The position numbers and the translations under genes are program-made. The notes under the pieces are model-generated. The model was given only the letters and a program-made list of their open reading frames with translations. It did no database searches and had not been told where the DNA came from. A stretch of DNA of 63,777 nt, counting the filler, from Reticulomyxa filosa (lineage: Eukaryota; Protista; Foraminifera), in the NCBI GenBank assembly GCA_000512085.1. It is 26 parts of 26 records of this genome, joined end to end, with 100 filler letters (N's around TTAATTAATTAA, not from the genome) between each part and the next. Parts side by side here need not be neighbours in the genome. Positions count along the whole stretch, not along the records: positions 1 to 1,302 come from ASPP01041064.1; positions 1,403 to 2,697 come from ASPP01005187.1; positions 2,798 to 7,406 come from ASPP01045437.1; positions 7,507 to 10,472 come from ASPP01037618.1; positions 10,573 to 11,585 come from ASPP01019955.1; positions 11,686 to 14,891 come from ASPP01012274.1; 20 more parts are not named here. The stretch is one strand, 5' to 3'. Positions 1 to 12,229 of this stretch are shown here, piece by piece. Each line of letters opens with the position of its first letter. The first letter of the stretch is position 1.

Positions 1-80
1 ATGTAAATGTATATGTAAATGTAAATGTAAGTAACAAAGACAATACGAAAAGCGATGAGCAGAAGCAAGAACCCAGGCAA

Positions 81-1302
81 TTGCAAACTGATAATGCTGA
101 GACGTTGCAATTGCCCCAAACAAAACAGCAGAGACTCCTCACGCAAGATGAGAAAAAAGAATGGAAAAGAGAAGAGGATAGACTCCGTGAGGAAGCCATG
201 AACATGTTCAGGCAAGCCGAGGAAGAGACCATGCGAAGAATATTACGAGAAGAGGAAGCCAGAAGACCTGAACTCGAGAAAGAAAAAAGAAGAAGGGAAA
301 TTGAGGAAGAACGCGGAAGAGAAGAATTAGAGAAAGAACGCAGTAAAATGAGAATAGGAGGGCTGCTACCTGAAACCCCACCTGAGTACAGAAGAGATAG
401 AGGCTTTACGCAACCACAAAAAAAAAAGAATCCAACTACCATTATTGTACGCCGCATTCAAACTGCAGATAATCATACTATCAATGTATACATATATAAA
501 TATACATTTATATATACATATACACATATATATATGTATATATATATATAAAGACGAATGAATTATTGCTAGAATCATTGACAAAAGAACTAAGCAAAAT
601 ACCTGCTGTGCAGTTGCACGGGGAATTAAATATCAAATACAACAACGAGTCTGACATTGGCGAATGCCCATTGCGCGAGCTTTTATCCTTTTTGTCCGAG
701 CTTCTGTTCGTCCGTCAAGCGCATCACTTATTTCAATTGTCTCCGGATTCCAAGAGTATCCATATCACACCCATTCAACTCTTGTCACAACACTTGTCCT
801 TGCCAGCTATTCATAAGTTATATATACATATATATATATATGTACATATATATTTATGCAACTACAATACATTACTATTTTTTTATTTTTTAAAAAAGAT
901 ACTACAAATTTGTGGGCAAGTTTTTGGGATTGAGTCTAATCAACGGCGTGCCCATCGGAGTGAAACTGTCAAATGGCATTTTGAAGTATTTGTTGGGACA
1001 AGAGAAAGACTTGAATTGGACCGACTTGGAACACTTTGACGAAAAGATGTTCCACACATTTCAAGGATGGATGGACAACACTCCCAATCAAGAATTTCAA
1101 ATGCATCAAACCTATGGTCTGCATTTTGTCATTTACGACGACGTCTCCAAGAGCGAGGTCTTGCTATGCGAACACGGCGATCAAATCCAACTGACAGATC
1201 AAAACAAACAACGCTACGTCCGTTTGTATACAAAACACAGACTGACTCTAAATGTCACCTCGCAATTGCAGAGTCTGCAAAAGGGGTTTTGGAGTCTATT
1301 CC
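81..1302 (+). CDS. HECT-domain E3 ubiquitin ligase, partial, multi-exon, with an upstream E/R-rich coiled coil
   Basis: LNIKYNNESDIGECPLRE, GKFLGLSLINGVPIGVKL, WTDLEHFD, GDQIQLTDQNKQRYV and QLQSLQKGF match the HECT N-lobe; (TA)n introns. Confidence 0.8.
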
Positions 1303-1402
1303 NNNNNNNNNNNNNNNNNNNNNNNNNNNNNNNNNNNNNNNNNNNNTTAATTAATTAANNNNNNNNNNNNNNNNNNNNNNNNNNNNNNNNNNNNNNNNNN
1401 NN
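1303..1402. other. Artificial contig linker (N44-TTAATTAATTAA-N44), first of 25 copies; others start at 2698, 7407, 10473, 11586, 14892, 17536, 22502, 24244, 25389, 26562, 28745, 29969, 33665, 36349, 37692, 42048, 43154, 46376, 51681, 52897, 55609, 56880, 57980, 61234
   Basis: Identical 100-bp spacer with stops in all six frames; GC content and gene style change abruptly across it. Confidence 0.99.
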
Positions 1403-1483
1403 TTGCATTTGTTGCATCTGTGCATACATTTGTTGCTGTTGCTGTTGCTGATAACTTGGATTGCCTTGATTGCTTGGATTATC

Positions 1484-1515
<32 letters not shown>

Positions 1516-2580
1516 TAATTTAAAAATATGCATGTGCGTGCATATTTCAAAAAGTGAAAAGGTTCTAGACTATACCTGCGTTTATAATAATAATAATAAT
1601 AATTAATAAAAATACTTAACTAGATCTAGGATCGGGTGCGTATCTAAAATGCGGAGATTGCGACATGGGCTGCGAAAAAGCGACGTTGGGATTCATTGCA
1701 ACGGGATTGTTGTTATCTCTGTCTCTATCTCTATCTCTGACCATCGCCATGTTCGGCACGGCATTGGAGTGGTTCATTTTTTGGCGCGACAAAGTGGCTG
1801 TTGTCATTGAATTCGTCAGAGGAGAAGGAGAAGGAGAAGAAGAAGAGGAGGAGGAGGATGATAAGGATGAAGAGGTTGGATACATTGAGCCTTGATTCAT
1901 TGAACCTTGATTCATTGGATTGGCTTTGAAAGTAGGCGACGAAATAGTGACCATAGTCACATTGTTGGGATACGAAGATCCTCCTCCTCCTCCTCCGACA
2001 AACGAAGAAGAAGAAGAAGAAGGTTCTTCTGGCAAGTCTGGGATCGAAGCGACGCGCTGCGTGCGGTTCGCGATATTGTCCGAGCTGGAGCCGGCATTGT
2101 CGTTCTTCACAATTGATCTTTCCATTGTCTTTACTTTGGCATTGATTAACTCGCTCATCAGACTCTGTACCATCGGGTCGTCCTTTGAAAAATTTTCTAT
2201 TATACATACATGTATGTGTACGTATATATATACGTATATACGTATATACATATATGTATTTGTTTATGTATGCATGTGTGAATATACAATAAACTTAAAA
2301 TGGCAATGGCTTGATCATATTCTTTGAGTTCTTTGAGACAAAGTGCATAATTGGTGGCCACCATGACGTCCGTGGCGTTAAGCTCCAAACACATTTGGTA
2401 GTATTGGCACGCCTTCGCGTACTGTTTCAAGTACATGTGCAGCAGATACGCGTAGTTGTGATTTGTGATCGCGTGCGACGGGTTCAATTGCAGCGCCTTC
2501 TGATAGTAATCCGCCGCATATTGCGGCCGATTCATCACTCGCAACAAATCTGCATAATTGGCTAAATACACAAAGTTCAT
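1403..2580 (-). CDS. TPR-repeat protein with a long S/N/Q low-complexity tail, partial, multi-exon
   Basis: AADYYQKALQLNPSHAITNHNYAYLL and ACQYYQMCLELN are TPR-like; the tail exon is S/N-rich, and a poly-Q segment lies at 1403-1480. Confidence 0.7.
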
Positions 2581-3871
2581 TGGTTCAATGCTTATTGCTT
2601 TCTTATTTTATTTTATCATTTTTATGTACATACATACATACATATTGTATATATTATTGTTAATTAAAAAAAAAAAAAAATAATATATATATATATANNN
2701 NNNNNNNNNNNNNNNNNNNNNNNNNNNNNNNNNNNNNNNNNTTAATTAATTAANNNNNNNNNNNNNNNNNNNNNNNNNNNNNNNNNNNNNNNNNNNNTTT
2801 TTTTTTGGGCAGTTAGAAATGATTTTTTATGTTTACAAAAGGTGTGGAAGAATATTGATCGTTTGTTGACACCAAAAGAGGTATAACGTCTCAGCCGGCA
2901 AACACAAACATACTGCTGTGAGCATTTTACTATATTAATAAAAAAAAATGCGCTTATTGAATGCAAGACGGATGAAACAATGCCAAAAATTGTCTAAAAT
3001 GAATACTTAAAGATTTTCTGTATGAAAATCGACACTTTTGAAATTTTTTTTGGACGATATCTACATTCATGCGAATAAAATACTTCGTTGTAAATTGTAG
3101 AAAAAGATAAAAAAAAACGTTGATATTTGTTTCAATTTTTCCATTCAGACTTACAAAGGTAAGAATCTTACCCGTTTATTTTGATCAATTCTTTTTGAAG
3201 CCAATGTTTATTGTTTTGTTAATTCAGTATTTTATCGTGGTCACTAAGCACTAATCCAATATTTCATTTTTGTTTTTAACAGTGAAACAAATTTTTTATA
3301 CATATCCTCATCAGAACTACTAAAGTAGTTGTCGGTGAAGATATTAAATTAAAGGGAGGAGGGCTAGCATTCCAAAAAAGAAAAGAGTACTCATTGTGTT
3401 AATCAAGTCCTTAGGATTTGGTGCACAGCGGTGTGATGAGATGAAGTACTTCATATAACATATATAATGTCACAATCAGGACAAGACTGATGATCTTGCA
3501 CTTTTGCAAGAATCTATATTGAATTTTTTTAAAGTTAATGTTGCTTATTTATTTTATCCATTAATGTGTGATGGCTTGTTGTGAGTTTAGTTGGATTTTC
3601 TTTTTTAAATTATGAGGCAGGATGTACTCTTAAATTCTGTCTTATAAACAATCGGGATGAGTGTAAAGAAGCAGTCAAATATAGTATATCAAAAGTCACA
3701 TTTGACAAAAATGCCAAAGTAAATTATCAAAAAAAAAAAAGTGATTTTAACAAAAGACACGCCAGCCGTAAAGATAGTCAAACTTATTATTTTCGTTTCG
3801 AAATCCGAGTATCACACCAATAGAATTAACGAGACAAGCAATCCCGCTAAAAAACTTAAAAAAAAATATTT

Positions 3872-4290
3872 TTATTTATTACAAACTTGGCATTGCTGAA
3901 TTGGAAAACAATAAAAGTAGTAAACATTGATAACACGCCCATTACTTATCTTTTTTCTGTGAAACATTTTGAATTTGAAGTTGGGATGTCTAGCAGTGCG
4001 AAGAATTCTTTCACAAGTAATCAAATCTTTTGGACAATCAGAAGACACCCGATCTAAATATAGCATGGAAAATACAGCATAAAATTCAGAAACAGTGAAC
4101 CATCTCTTGTTAAATTCATTTTCAATAATGCAAGCTGCCATATCCACGGTTGTGTCTTGTTCCTTTGCTTCTGTCTTTTCATCTTCATTGTTTGACGAAT
4201 CATGACGAGGCGGGTCTAATACAATTGAATGTATTGAGACTCTTGTTTGAATATTTCCACGCACAGAAATTTCTGTCGATATAACTGGGC
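3872..4290 (-). CDS. Hypothetical protein or terminal exon, possible winged-helix-like domain
   Basis: Open ORF with pattern DMAACIIENEFNKRWFTVSEFYAVF...ITCERILR...GRVINVYYF; fold call is by pattern only. Confidence 0.4.
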
Positions 4291-4463
4291 GTTGCTTTGA
4301 AGTTTTTTGGTGTTTCTTATCATAGTCACTGTTATGACAACTTTCTATTCATTATCATTTCAAACACACAATAAAATGATACTTTTCAATGTTATTGTTT
4401 TTTTTTTAAAAATTGTTCAGCAAATCAGTGTTTGGTCACAAATCACAGCAAAATAATAAATAC

Positions 4464-5052
4464 CTTGGGAGCTACTGTCATCGTCCATGAGACGGTATGA
4501 ATAATATTCATGCTCTTCTTCTTTTTTTCGATTCCATATTTCTTTGACTAACAAATCAAATGCAGGAACAAGCTTTTGTTTTTCTTCTTTTGCCCAAATA
4601 CACTTGCCCTTGGACCCCCATCTCCGATGAATGCTATCATTAATCTGCATTTTGATTGCTCCCCAATGCGTTTTTGTAGAGTCAAAAGTTGATTGCTGGG
4701 ATTCATACAGTTTTTCGCATCTGTCAGTGATTTGTTCCTCCGTTAGACTTTTACTTTTTGAATCATAAAGACATTGTACAATGAGTGCATCTGCTACTAT
4801 AGCATCGTCAGGTATATAGATGTGGTTACTCAATTTTTTTTTTGCTATTGTTCCCATGTTTGACCAAAAAAAAAGTGCTTTAATCTTTAGAAATGGACAC
4901 CAACAACATAGGAGAAAGAAAAAAAGAAAACTGAAAGTATCCACAATAAATTCGATAAATTGAATTGCTTTGTTGTTGTTAATAATTTCCGATGAACCTT
5001 CACATGCATCAAACAGATCTTTCCAATGTCGAAATTTTCTTTCTCCATTTCC
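4464..5052 (-). CDS. Exon(s) encoding a HARE-HTH-like winged-helix domain, possibly the spliced continuation of the OAS-like gene at 5136-6182
   Basis: ADALIVQCLYDSKSKSLTEEQITDRCEKLY...TKTHWGAIKMQINDSI resembles the HARE-HTH consensus; candidate acceptor tttgcag near 5052 and donor CAAG|GTATTT near 4464. Confidence 0.45.
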
Positions 5053-5135
5053 TGCAAATATTGCACATGTAACACACACTTCAATATAAAAGTTGTTTTT
5101 TTTTTCTCTCTCTCTCTCTTGTCTTTTACCATCTC

Positions 5136-6182
5136 TTAACGTATAATGAAACTATCCAAAATTACAATATTGCCGGGCTCGAGGCTTTGTTTGTAATCGT
5201 TGATATCTTTAGGTTCAACCAAATACTGAAATTGGTTTTGCTGATACGGCCACTCAATTATTACTGATTTTATTTCTTTGTCGTTCACCAATGTTATCCA
5301 CTCCGTTATTTTTTTAAAAAATTGTTGAATGATGTCAAATGCTAGAATAGAGGTACTGGATTGACGTGTCTTTAACTGTTCGAATAAATGAACACAAATG
5401 ATTTCCAAGGAGTTATTCGAAAGGTGTTGCTTACCTTTCATTGCAGTATATTGCCACAGTTTCAAAAACAATACTGCCAATCGAGTGTTTTTTCCAACCA
5501 ATTCCTCTCTCATGTAATACACTCGAAGTAATGATAATGATGCACTCATGTTCTTTTCCAAAAATTTGGTCCATGCTTTATTTGCTCTGCCCATTTGTTT
5601 GATATATCTTTGATGTATTGGCGCTTCATCAATCAAGTCATTGGCAGCCATTTGTAATTGCTCTGAAGAAAATGGATACACATGCACATTGTGTTGAGTG
5701 TAATGAAATTCACAATATTGTCTTTTTGAAAATGTCCATGCTATTGCAATATGATATTCCACTCCTTTCCATATTATTTTCAAGATTGATCTTGAGTGCT
5801 CCAATATTTGTATATCATTTGTGAGAGGCCCTTTTTTTATTTTTTCAATACATTGTTTGATCCACTTCAAAATATCTTTATGTTTATTTTGGAGTAAGCC
5901 AAGATTATTATGATCCAAATGCTTCTCTTTCAAATGATATAAGAATACCAAATATCCACAAGATAATTTGGGAATGGCAAGTTGTTTTTGCACACACCCA
6001 GACAGTGCCACTCCATAAATACATGAGAACGGACACTTTGTGTTACTGTGTACCGTTTCTTTATGTTTGTCCAGTATACTGATCACCAAGTTGTTGGCAC
6101 GCTCGTAGTACAAACCACTGCCAAATGATTGAATTCTCTGTTCTAATAACTGTTGCACGTCCTCATTTCTTTGCGTTGCCAT
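5136..6182 (-). CDS. OAS/DZF-like Pol-beta nucleotidyltransferase-fold protein, paralogue A, catalytic Asp residues substituted
   Basis: [22 protein letters not shown] aligns ungapped to OAS1 [32 protein letters not shown] matches [20 protein letters not shown]...[15 protein letters not shown]...IEWP...VILD matches the OAS1 C-terminal helical domain. Confidence 0.75.
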   Translation of the reverse strand: [348 protein letters not shown]

Positions 6183-6466
6183 ATTTTTTAAAAAACCTGC
6201 AACGTCAACAAAAACAACCTTTTTTTTAACGTAAAACATGATTCAAACCACAAAAGGTATTTTTTAAGATTAAAGAATATCTTGGCTCAGAATTCTACAT
6301 AAAAACAAACAAAATCTTTTAAAAATAAATCATCGCGATTTGCGAAAGCGAACCCTTTCGTTTTCAACTTTTTTGTGTTCATTTACTTTTAGTGTTGACT
6401 TGCTCTTAATTTTTTCCTTGCAGAACCGTAAGCAAAGCACAAAGTCTATTATCTTAATTTTTAAAA

Positions 6467-7405
6467 ATGAATGGATCGAATTCTTGGTCACAAGATGTTG
6501 GAAATTTCGAAAACGTGACTGCGTCGGACATTGTTCGTTATGCGAATGATTTTGCGAACACTTTACTGAAGGGATGTAAAGAAATTGAATATTATCACAT
6601 TTACGGTGTAGTATTGTCTGGATGCGCACAAAAACAACTTATCGTCTCTGAAGTACCTTGCGGAAATTTAGTATTTTATTATTTAAATCCAACAGATTTT
6701 GACTATAACAATCTTGAACCACTTAAAACAAAACATAATGAAATTCTTAAAGGAATCAAAGTATACATCAAAGGAGCATACATTGATGTTGGAACAGAAA
6801 TAGTAAGTCATTCCGAATCAGTATTAAAAATAAAGTGGAAAGGGTTTGAGTTTCACATAACAGTAACATGGACATTTTCAGAAAGACAATATTGTAAATT
6901 TCATCGCACTAAAAATACCCCTGTATGTCTATTCTCTCCAGAAACATTGAAAGATATTGCTAATGATTTGGCTAAAGAAGTGCCAAGATATCGAAGATAC
7001 ATAAAAAATGTGGGTAGACAATGGAAAAGATTTTTAGAAAAGAACATGGATGCATCATTGTCATTACTTCGAGTGTATTACATAAATGAGAGATTGGTTG
7101 GAACGGACACGCGATTGGCAGTATTGTATTTGAAAAAATGGCAACGTGTTGCAATGGAAGGTGAAGAGAATCTTTCGAACAACTCGTTGGAAATTATTTG
7201 CACTTATTTGTCCCACAAATCGGGAGCACGTTCTCACCGGGAAATCGTTATACAATTTTTCACGTTGATGAAGCAAATCAAGGAGACCAATGAACCAGTG
7301 ATAATTCAATTTCCATATTTAGTACATAATGAGCTCCAACATTTAACTAAACCCAAATGTAGGGCAGGCGATGTAATAATTTTGGACTATCTTTACATGC
7401 GTTAA
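6467..7405 (+). CDS. OAS/DZF-like nucleotidyltransferase-fold protein, paralogue B, divergently oriented
   Basis: Shares IYGVxLSGCxQKQL, LKIxWKGxExHI, WTFSxRQYCxFH, [17 protein letters not shown], TRLAVLxLKxWQ, [10 protein letters not shown] and VILD with paralogue A. Confidence 0.75.
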   Translation: [312 protein letters not shown]

Positions 7406-10400
7406 ANNNNNNNNNNNNNNNNNNNNNNNNNNNNNNNNNNNNNNNNNNNNTTAATTAATTAANNNNNNNNNNNNNNNNNNNNNNNNNNNNNNNNNNNNNN
7501 NNNNNNTAATACATTCAATGATCCAATGACAATGCATCAACATTTTATACTTATTTTCATTTGTTTGTGGTTTCATCACCTGGTTTACCATTAATTCCAC
7601 TACTTGTGACTTTGAAGTATTCTAGTCCCTGTCAATTTAATGACAAAAAACAAATTGATTCGCTATCATCGATTTTGAGAACACACGAACAAGCAAAATA
7701 TATTTATTAAAAAAGTGATTTGGATAAATCAAAAAAAAGACAAAGCATTTGCGGTTTCACTTTGATGAAGTAATCTAATCATTTCTTGCCAATCTTGCCT
7801 GGATAACGATAACCAGATTTTTTTGTGTTGAGAAAACAATACAATCACCAAACGAATTGCAATAATCCACAATTTGAATATTTTCCACCAAATTGACACC
7901 CAAGCCATACCCAATTTGCATCTCTGATGTATATGGCATTGGAAACCACATACAACATAATATACAACTACGGGCACTTGGGTAAATGATGCACATAATA
8001 ACTGGAGTGAATGTACTGTGTTCGAGCTGAATGTTATTTGTTATGATTGCAGAACACACAACACTCCATTTTCACTTGTGCTTCGTTTATGTGCATGTCA
8101 TTTATAATTTCCCAGTGATGTATTGTGTCGGTTTTCTTTCATTCACTTTGTCTCTATGGACGTGAACACGACTTGCTTTTCACAATATGTTTGTACTCCT
8201 TGCAATGGTACATTGTCATTGTCGTCATCCCTCTTGCATACCATCCACTGCCACTTGTCATATTGTTTGAAATAGTCGATACATTCCTAAAATTATTGAT
8301 CCACATTTTCGTCTTTTTTCTTCTCATTAATCTCCTGTTCCTCTTTCATTCACTTCAAACCAAAACTAAAGTGCTTCACAATAAAGGGACCTATGTTTAC
8401 ACTGCCTTGGTTGATGCATATTACAACCACCGAAAGTATGGTGCAAACAACATATATTTACACTGACCTTTAAATAGTGGCTTTCTTTAAATCAATGTTC
8501 GTGTTTTTTTTTTTTGTCTTTTTTTTTGGTTGCATGTGTTGACGTGTGAATCTAACCATGAAACAACCAGTCTTTAAGTGATAATTGAGATATTTCGAAA
8601 AGGCTATGCTGGATACGAACAACACTGCGACGCATATATGAATTTACATTGTTTTTTTCATCTTCGTTGGTAACTCGTAATGCGATTATATTTATGACCA
8701 GCAATGTGATTGTGGACTGCTCCTCAGACGATACCTAATCAATCTGTTGAGCATTGTCCAAGATTGTCTATTTTGATTTCCATCTTATTTGTTTGCTACT
8801 TTTCCACATACAAAATTGTTCTTTGCATTGCCAACTGTGTTCAAACTATTTTTCCTTGCAATGCCTTCGTTTAATAACACCCTATTCGACGATATCAATG
8901 AATTGCTATGTTAGTACGTCGATGTTTGACTGCTATTGCACACAATTTGGAGATTATATAATTTGTCTTTTGGATTGCTTCAATCTACGGCACACATACG
9001 AAAAGAGCCAAATAATAACGCACCAATTGAAAATTATTGTGGATGGGATCGATGATGTTGAGGAAAGAGGAAGTCCTTCGATTAATTTCGATCTGTTTGA
9101 AAAAACTTGGATTTTTTCTTAGGTGTCAACAATAACTGCAACCACTTTCGTTATACAATTGATCTCCTCTTTTGGCTATGGGATTACTTGCTTGGAGTGA
9201 GGATTGCTCATTCGCGTCTCGATATGGTACCTCGGATGCAATGTTCAATTTATGAAGATGTTCCAATGCTGCAACAACTGATATCCTGGTCGTTGCAAAT
9301 TGAAGTATGTCCAATCAGTGTTCATATTTTATCGGCAATTATGGATGTAATAGAACTGCAAGTTGATGGTTGCAAGAGCATGGATGTGCAATTTGTTGTT
9401 CGGATTGTGATATTTTTTCAATAAATGAATTATTCAGATTAATACTTGGACCAATGGAACTGGACGGTGCGCTGCCGTTGTTACTAGTAACTATGCTGGT
9501 TTTGTAGTGTTGTAATTGGTTTTAGGAAATATTTGTATACTGAATGTTGAGCTAGATAGTTTGTCAAAGAGGAAATTATTGATGAAATTTTGCATAACGT
9601 GATATGAAATCGCAGGTACATCAATCAAATTGTGTTCATCAGGTTCTAACAAAAAACGAAAGACTTGAGATTGAATCACAATAAGTATATTCCATGTATT
9701 GGCGTCTGCGAAAAAGTGGAAGCCTATGGAACATCAGTTGGATTGAACGTATACTAAAAAATAAAATTGTAACACTATCTGCTGTGTTGTGATCATTACA
9801 TTCTGTACATAGCACAGTCCACTTGAACGTATATCTTTGTGGATATAAGCTTCAATTGTTGGTGAATTTTGTCAATCAGTATATGTCGAACAGAATCACC
9901 TACTTCATATTCTCTGCTTGGACCATTCTCTCATTGACTTGCAGACACTTTTGATGATATCGATAATCAAGCTAGTAGCAATTTTGCAAAAGGGCTTGCT
10001 CTTTTCTTTTTCAATTCTCTTACAAGTAGTGCGAGTGTATGTAAGTTGCATTGTCTGATATCTTGCCAGGAACATTGATGTGGATACTGTTGGTTAGCTT
10101 GTGCAATTATTGGTACTTGATTTGCCAATTTGTATGCCGACGATAATAATACACTCGAACTGCAAAACATCATAAATTCCATCACGACAATGAAACAGCA
10201 CTCCACCAAAACAACCATCTGCGTTCATATTGTAACATGCAATAGCTTTAATTGTAAAATTAGATATAATTTTTTTTCAAGCAAACACATAAAAAAATTA
10301 CTTAACTAACATTTGTTATCACCTCGTGGTAACAATAGTTTTTGGAGTCATAGCTCCCATATAAATATAAATTAAAAAATCAATTTAAATTAATTTCTTT

Positions 10401-11715
10401 CTTATTTGTTTTTTTTTTCTTTTTTATTCTTATTCTTTTTTTTTTTATCTTTTTTCTTTTTCTTTTTCATTCNNNNNNNNNNNNNNNNNNNNNNNNNNNN
10501 NNNNNNNNNNNNNNNNTTAATTAATTAANNNNNNNNNNNNNNNNNNNNNNNNNNNNNNNNNNNNNNNNNNNNGACAACAATAAAATTGAACCTGAAATTA
10601 TTGATATGAAGTGTTATAACAAAGGCAACTTTGTTTAAACTATAGTCAATAATATGGGAATTGGACAAAAGATGCACAAAGATATTGCCAAGAAAATGAA
10701 AAAAAAATACAAAACATAACTTATGTTAACCAAATAAAAAAGATACATAAAGTTAATTACAGTAATACAAATTTATGGAAAATGAAATGCAAGTTTTGGT
10801 GTAGAAAAAAAGTATATAAATTTTATTCACAAATTGTTGCAAAGATTAGTAAATTTCACATGTCAGAAAGACGAAAATGGAAAAGAACACGAAAGTACAG
10901 GAAAAAACAAACTATTGATGATCAAGCGGAGCATGCTATTAAAGCTCAAGATTGATTTGTTTTATCACAGTTAAATATTGATCATATTTTATCAATTTAT
11001 ATCTATTACTTGTCAATAGGTCAATAAATTTCATGTCTAGAAATAATTATATATATTTTTACAAATCTACATTTTGCAACTCCATCTAGCAAAAAGATAT
11101 TATTCTGTTTCTTCGTTAAGTACATACAAATTTATAATTTAATTCTTTAGTTGAAAAAGATTTAAATTAATTTTATCTAAAAAAATGAATTGGTTATTCT
11201 TTTTCTTTGATTAATCGTACATATTATATTGATTTATATCTTTATTTGTTCAATCAGTTTGAGCATCCACTTGACATAATGCGCAAATATGATAGTCTAT
11301 TGCTATTTCAGAATGCATATCATTTAAATGTGTTTCATGACAAGTATTTGTTGTATAAATAATTTGACAATTTTAATAAGTGTCATAACAAGTTGAATGC
11401 AGATCCTTAAAAATACTTTTCTGTTACTAGATTTCATTGTCGTGAAAAAAACTCAGGATCCAGATAATATATATTATTGAATTAATTTTCTTTTTACGCT
11501 TGTTCAAATAGTTTTTCTAGCAATATTTAGAAAAATAATTATATTGCAAGTGTAGAATCATTGAAATCACTTTTCTACATAATATNNNNNNNNNNNNNNN
11601 NNNNNNNNNNNNNNNNNNNNNNNNNNNNNTTAATTAATTAANNNNNNNNNNNNNNNNNNNNNNNNNNNNNNNNNNNNNNNNNNNNTGACAAAATTTATTT
11701 CATTTTTTATTTTGT

Positions 11716-11749
<34 letters not shown>

Positions 11750-11769
11750 CACACACATAAAGAAATGGT

Positions 11770-12195
11770 AACTTGTCCATAATAATAATTACGTGGAATG
11801 TTTTGTTGAATATAACGACCCCCTATAGTAGCAAGAATTTCTTTTTCGTCAGCGAAGGTGATCGTTCGACGACGGTTGTAGTCGGCATCGGACTCGATGT
11901 CACTGGGATGTGGATGGTGAAAACCCCTGCGCTCGGGTTGCATTGGCTTTGTAGCCACCATGGCCGAGGTGTTAGTGGGCAAAGTGACAAAATTCGGATC
12001 TTGGGGTGGTTGTTCTGTATTGGGGTTTAGGTTGCTCATTATAGCAGCGTTTTTGACAGACTTGCTCGCTGAAGCATCATCTTCCTCCGCCAAATTGCGA
12101 TTTCCGTCCATTGTCGCAATAGTTGCTCCAGCTTTGGAATTCGAAGGTTGTTTATGTTTTGCAATGGATGTGTGTAATAACATATACATATATGC

Positions 12196-12229
<34 letters not shown>

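Noticed and set aside
1-33. ATGTAA tandem repeats at the window start as a telomere
   Set aside because: Short, degenerate, and directly upstream of a coding exon; an intronic microsatellite
486-550. IYIY/YTY peptides and poly-F/poly-K ORF ends
   Set aside because: Translations of (TA)n/(TACA)n and poly-T/A intron sequence
1347-1358. TTAATTAATTAA recurring 25 times as a CRISPR-like or biological repeat
   Set aside because: Always centred in N-runs of fixed length; it is an assembly linker
5136-7405. Calling the pair a bacterial CBASS/CD-NTase operon or an active 2-5A synthetase
   Set aside because: AT-rich eukaryotic context, divergent orientation, no Cap effector genes, and the catalytic Asp residues are missing
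7507-10250. Gypsy/integrase relic (SREYEVGDSV..., ASPFAKLL on the minus strand)
   Set aside because: The region looks like decayed coding DNA, but I found no RT, RNase H or DDE core motif; it needs a translated HMM search
10573-11585. Genes in this contig and in 42148-43153
   Set aside because: Only short or motif-free ORFs in very AT-rich DNA; nothing supportable
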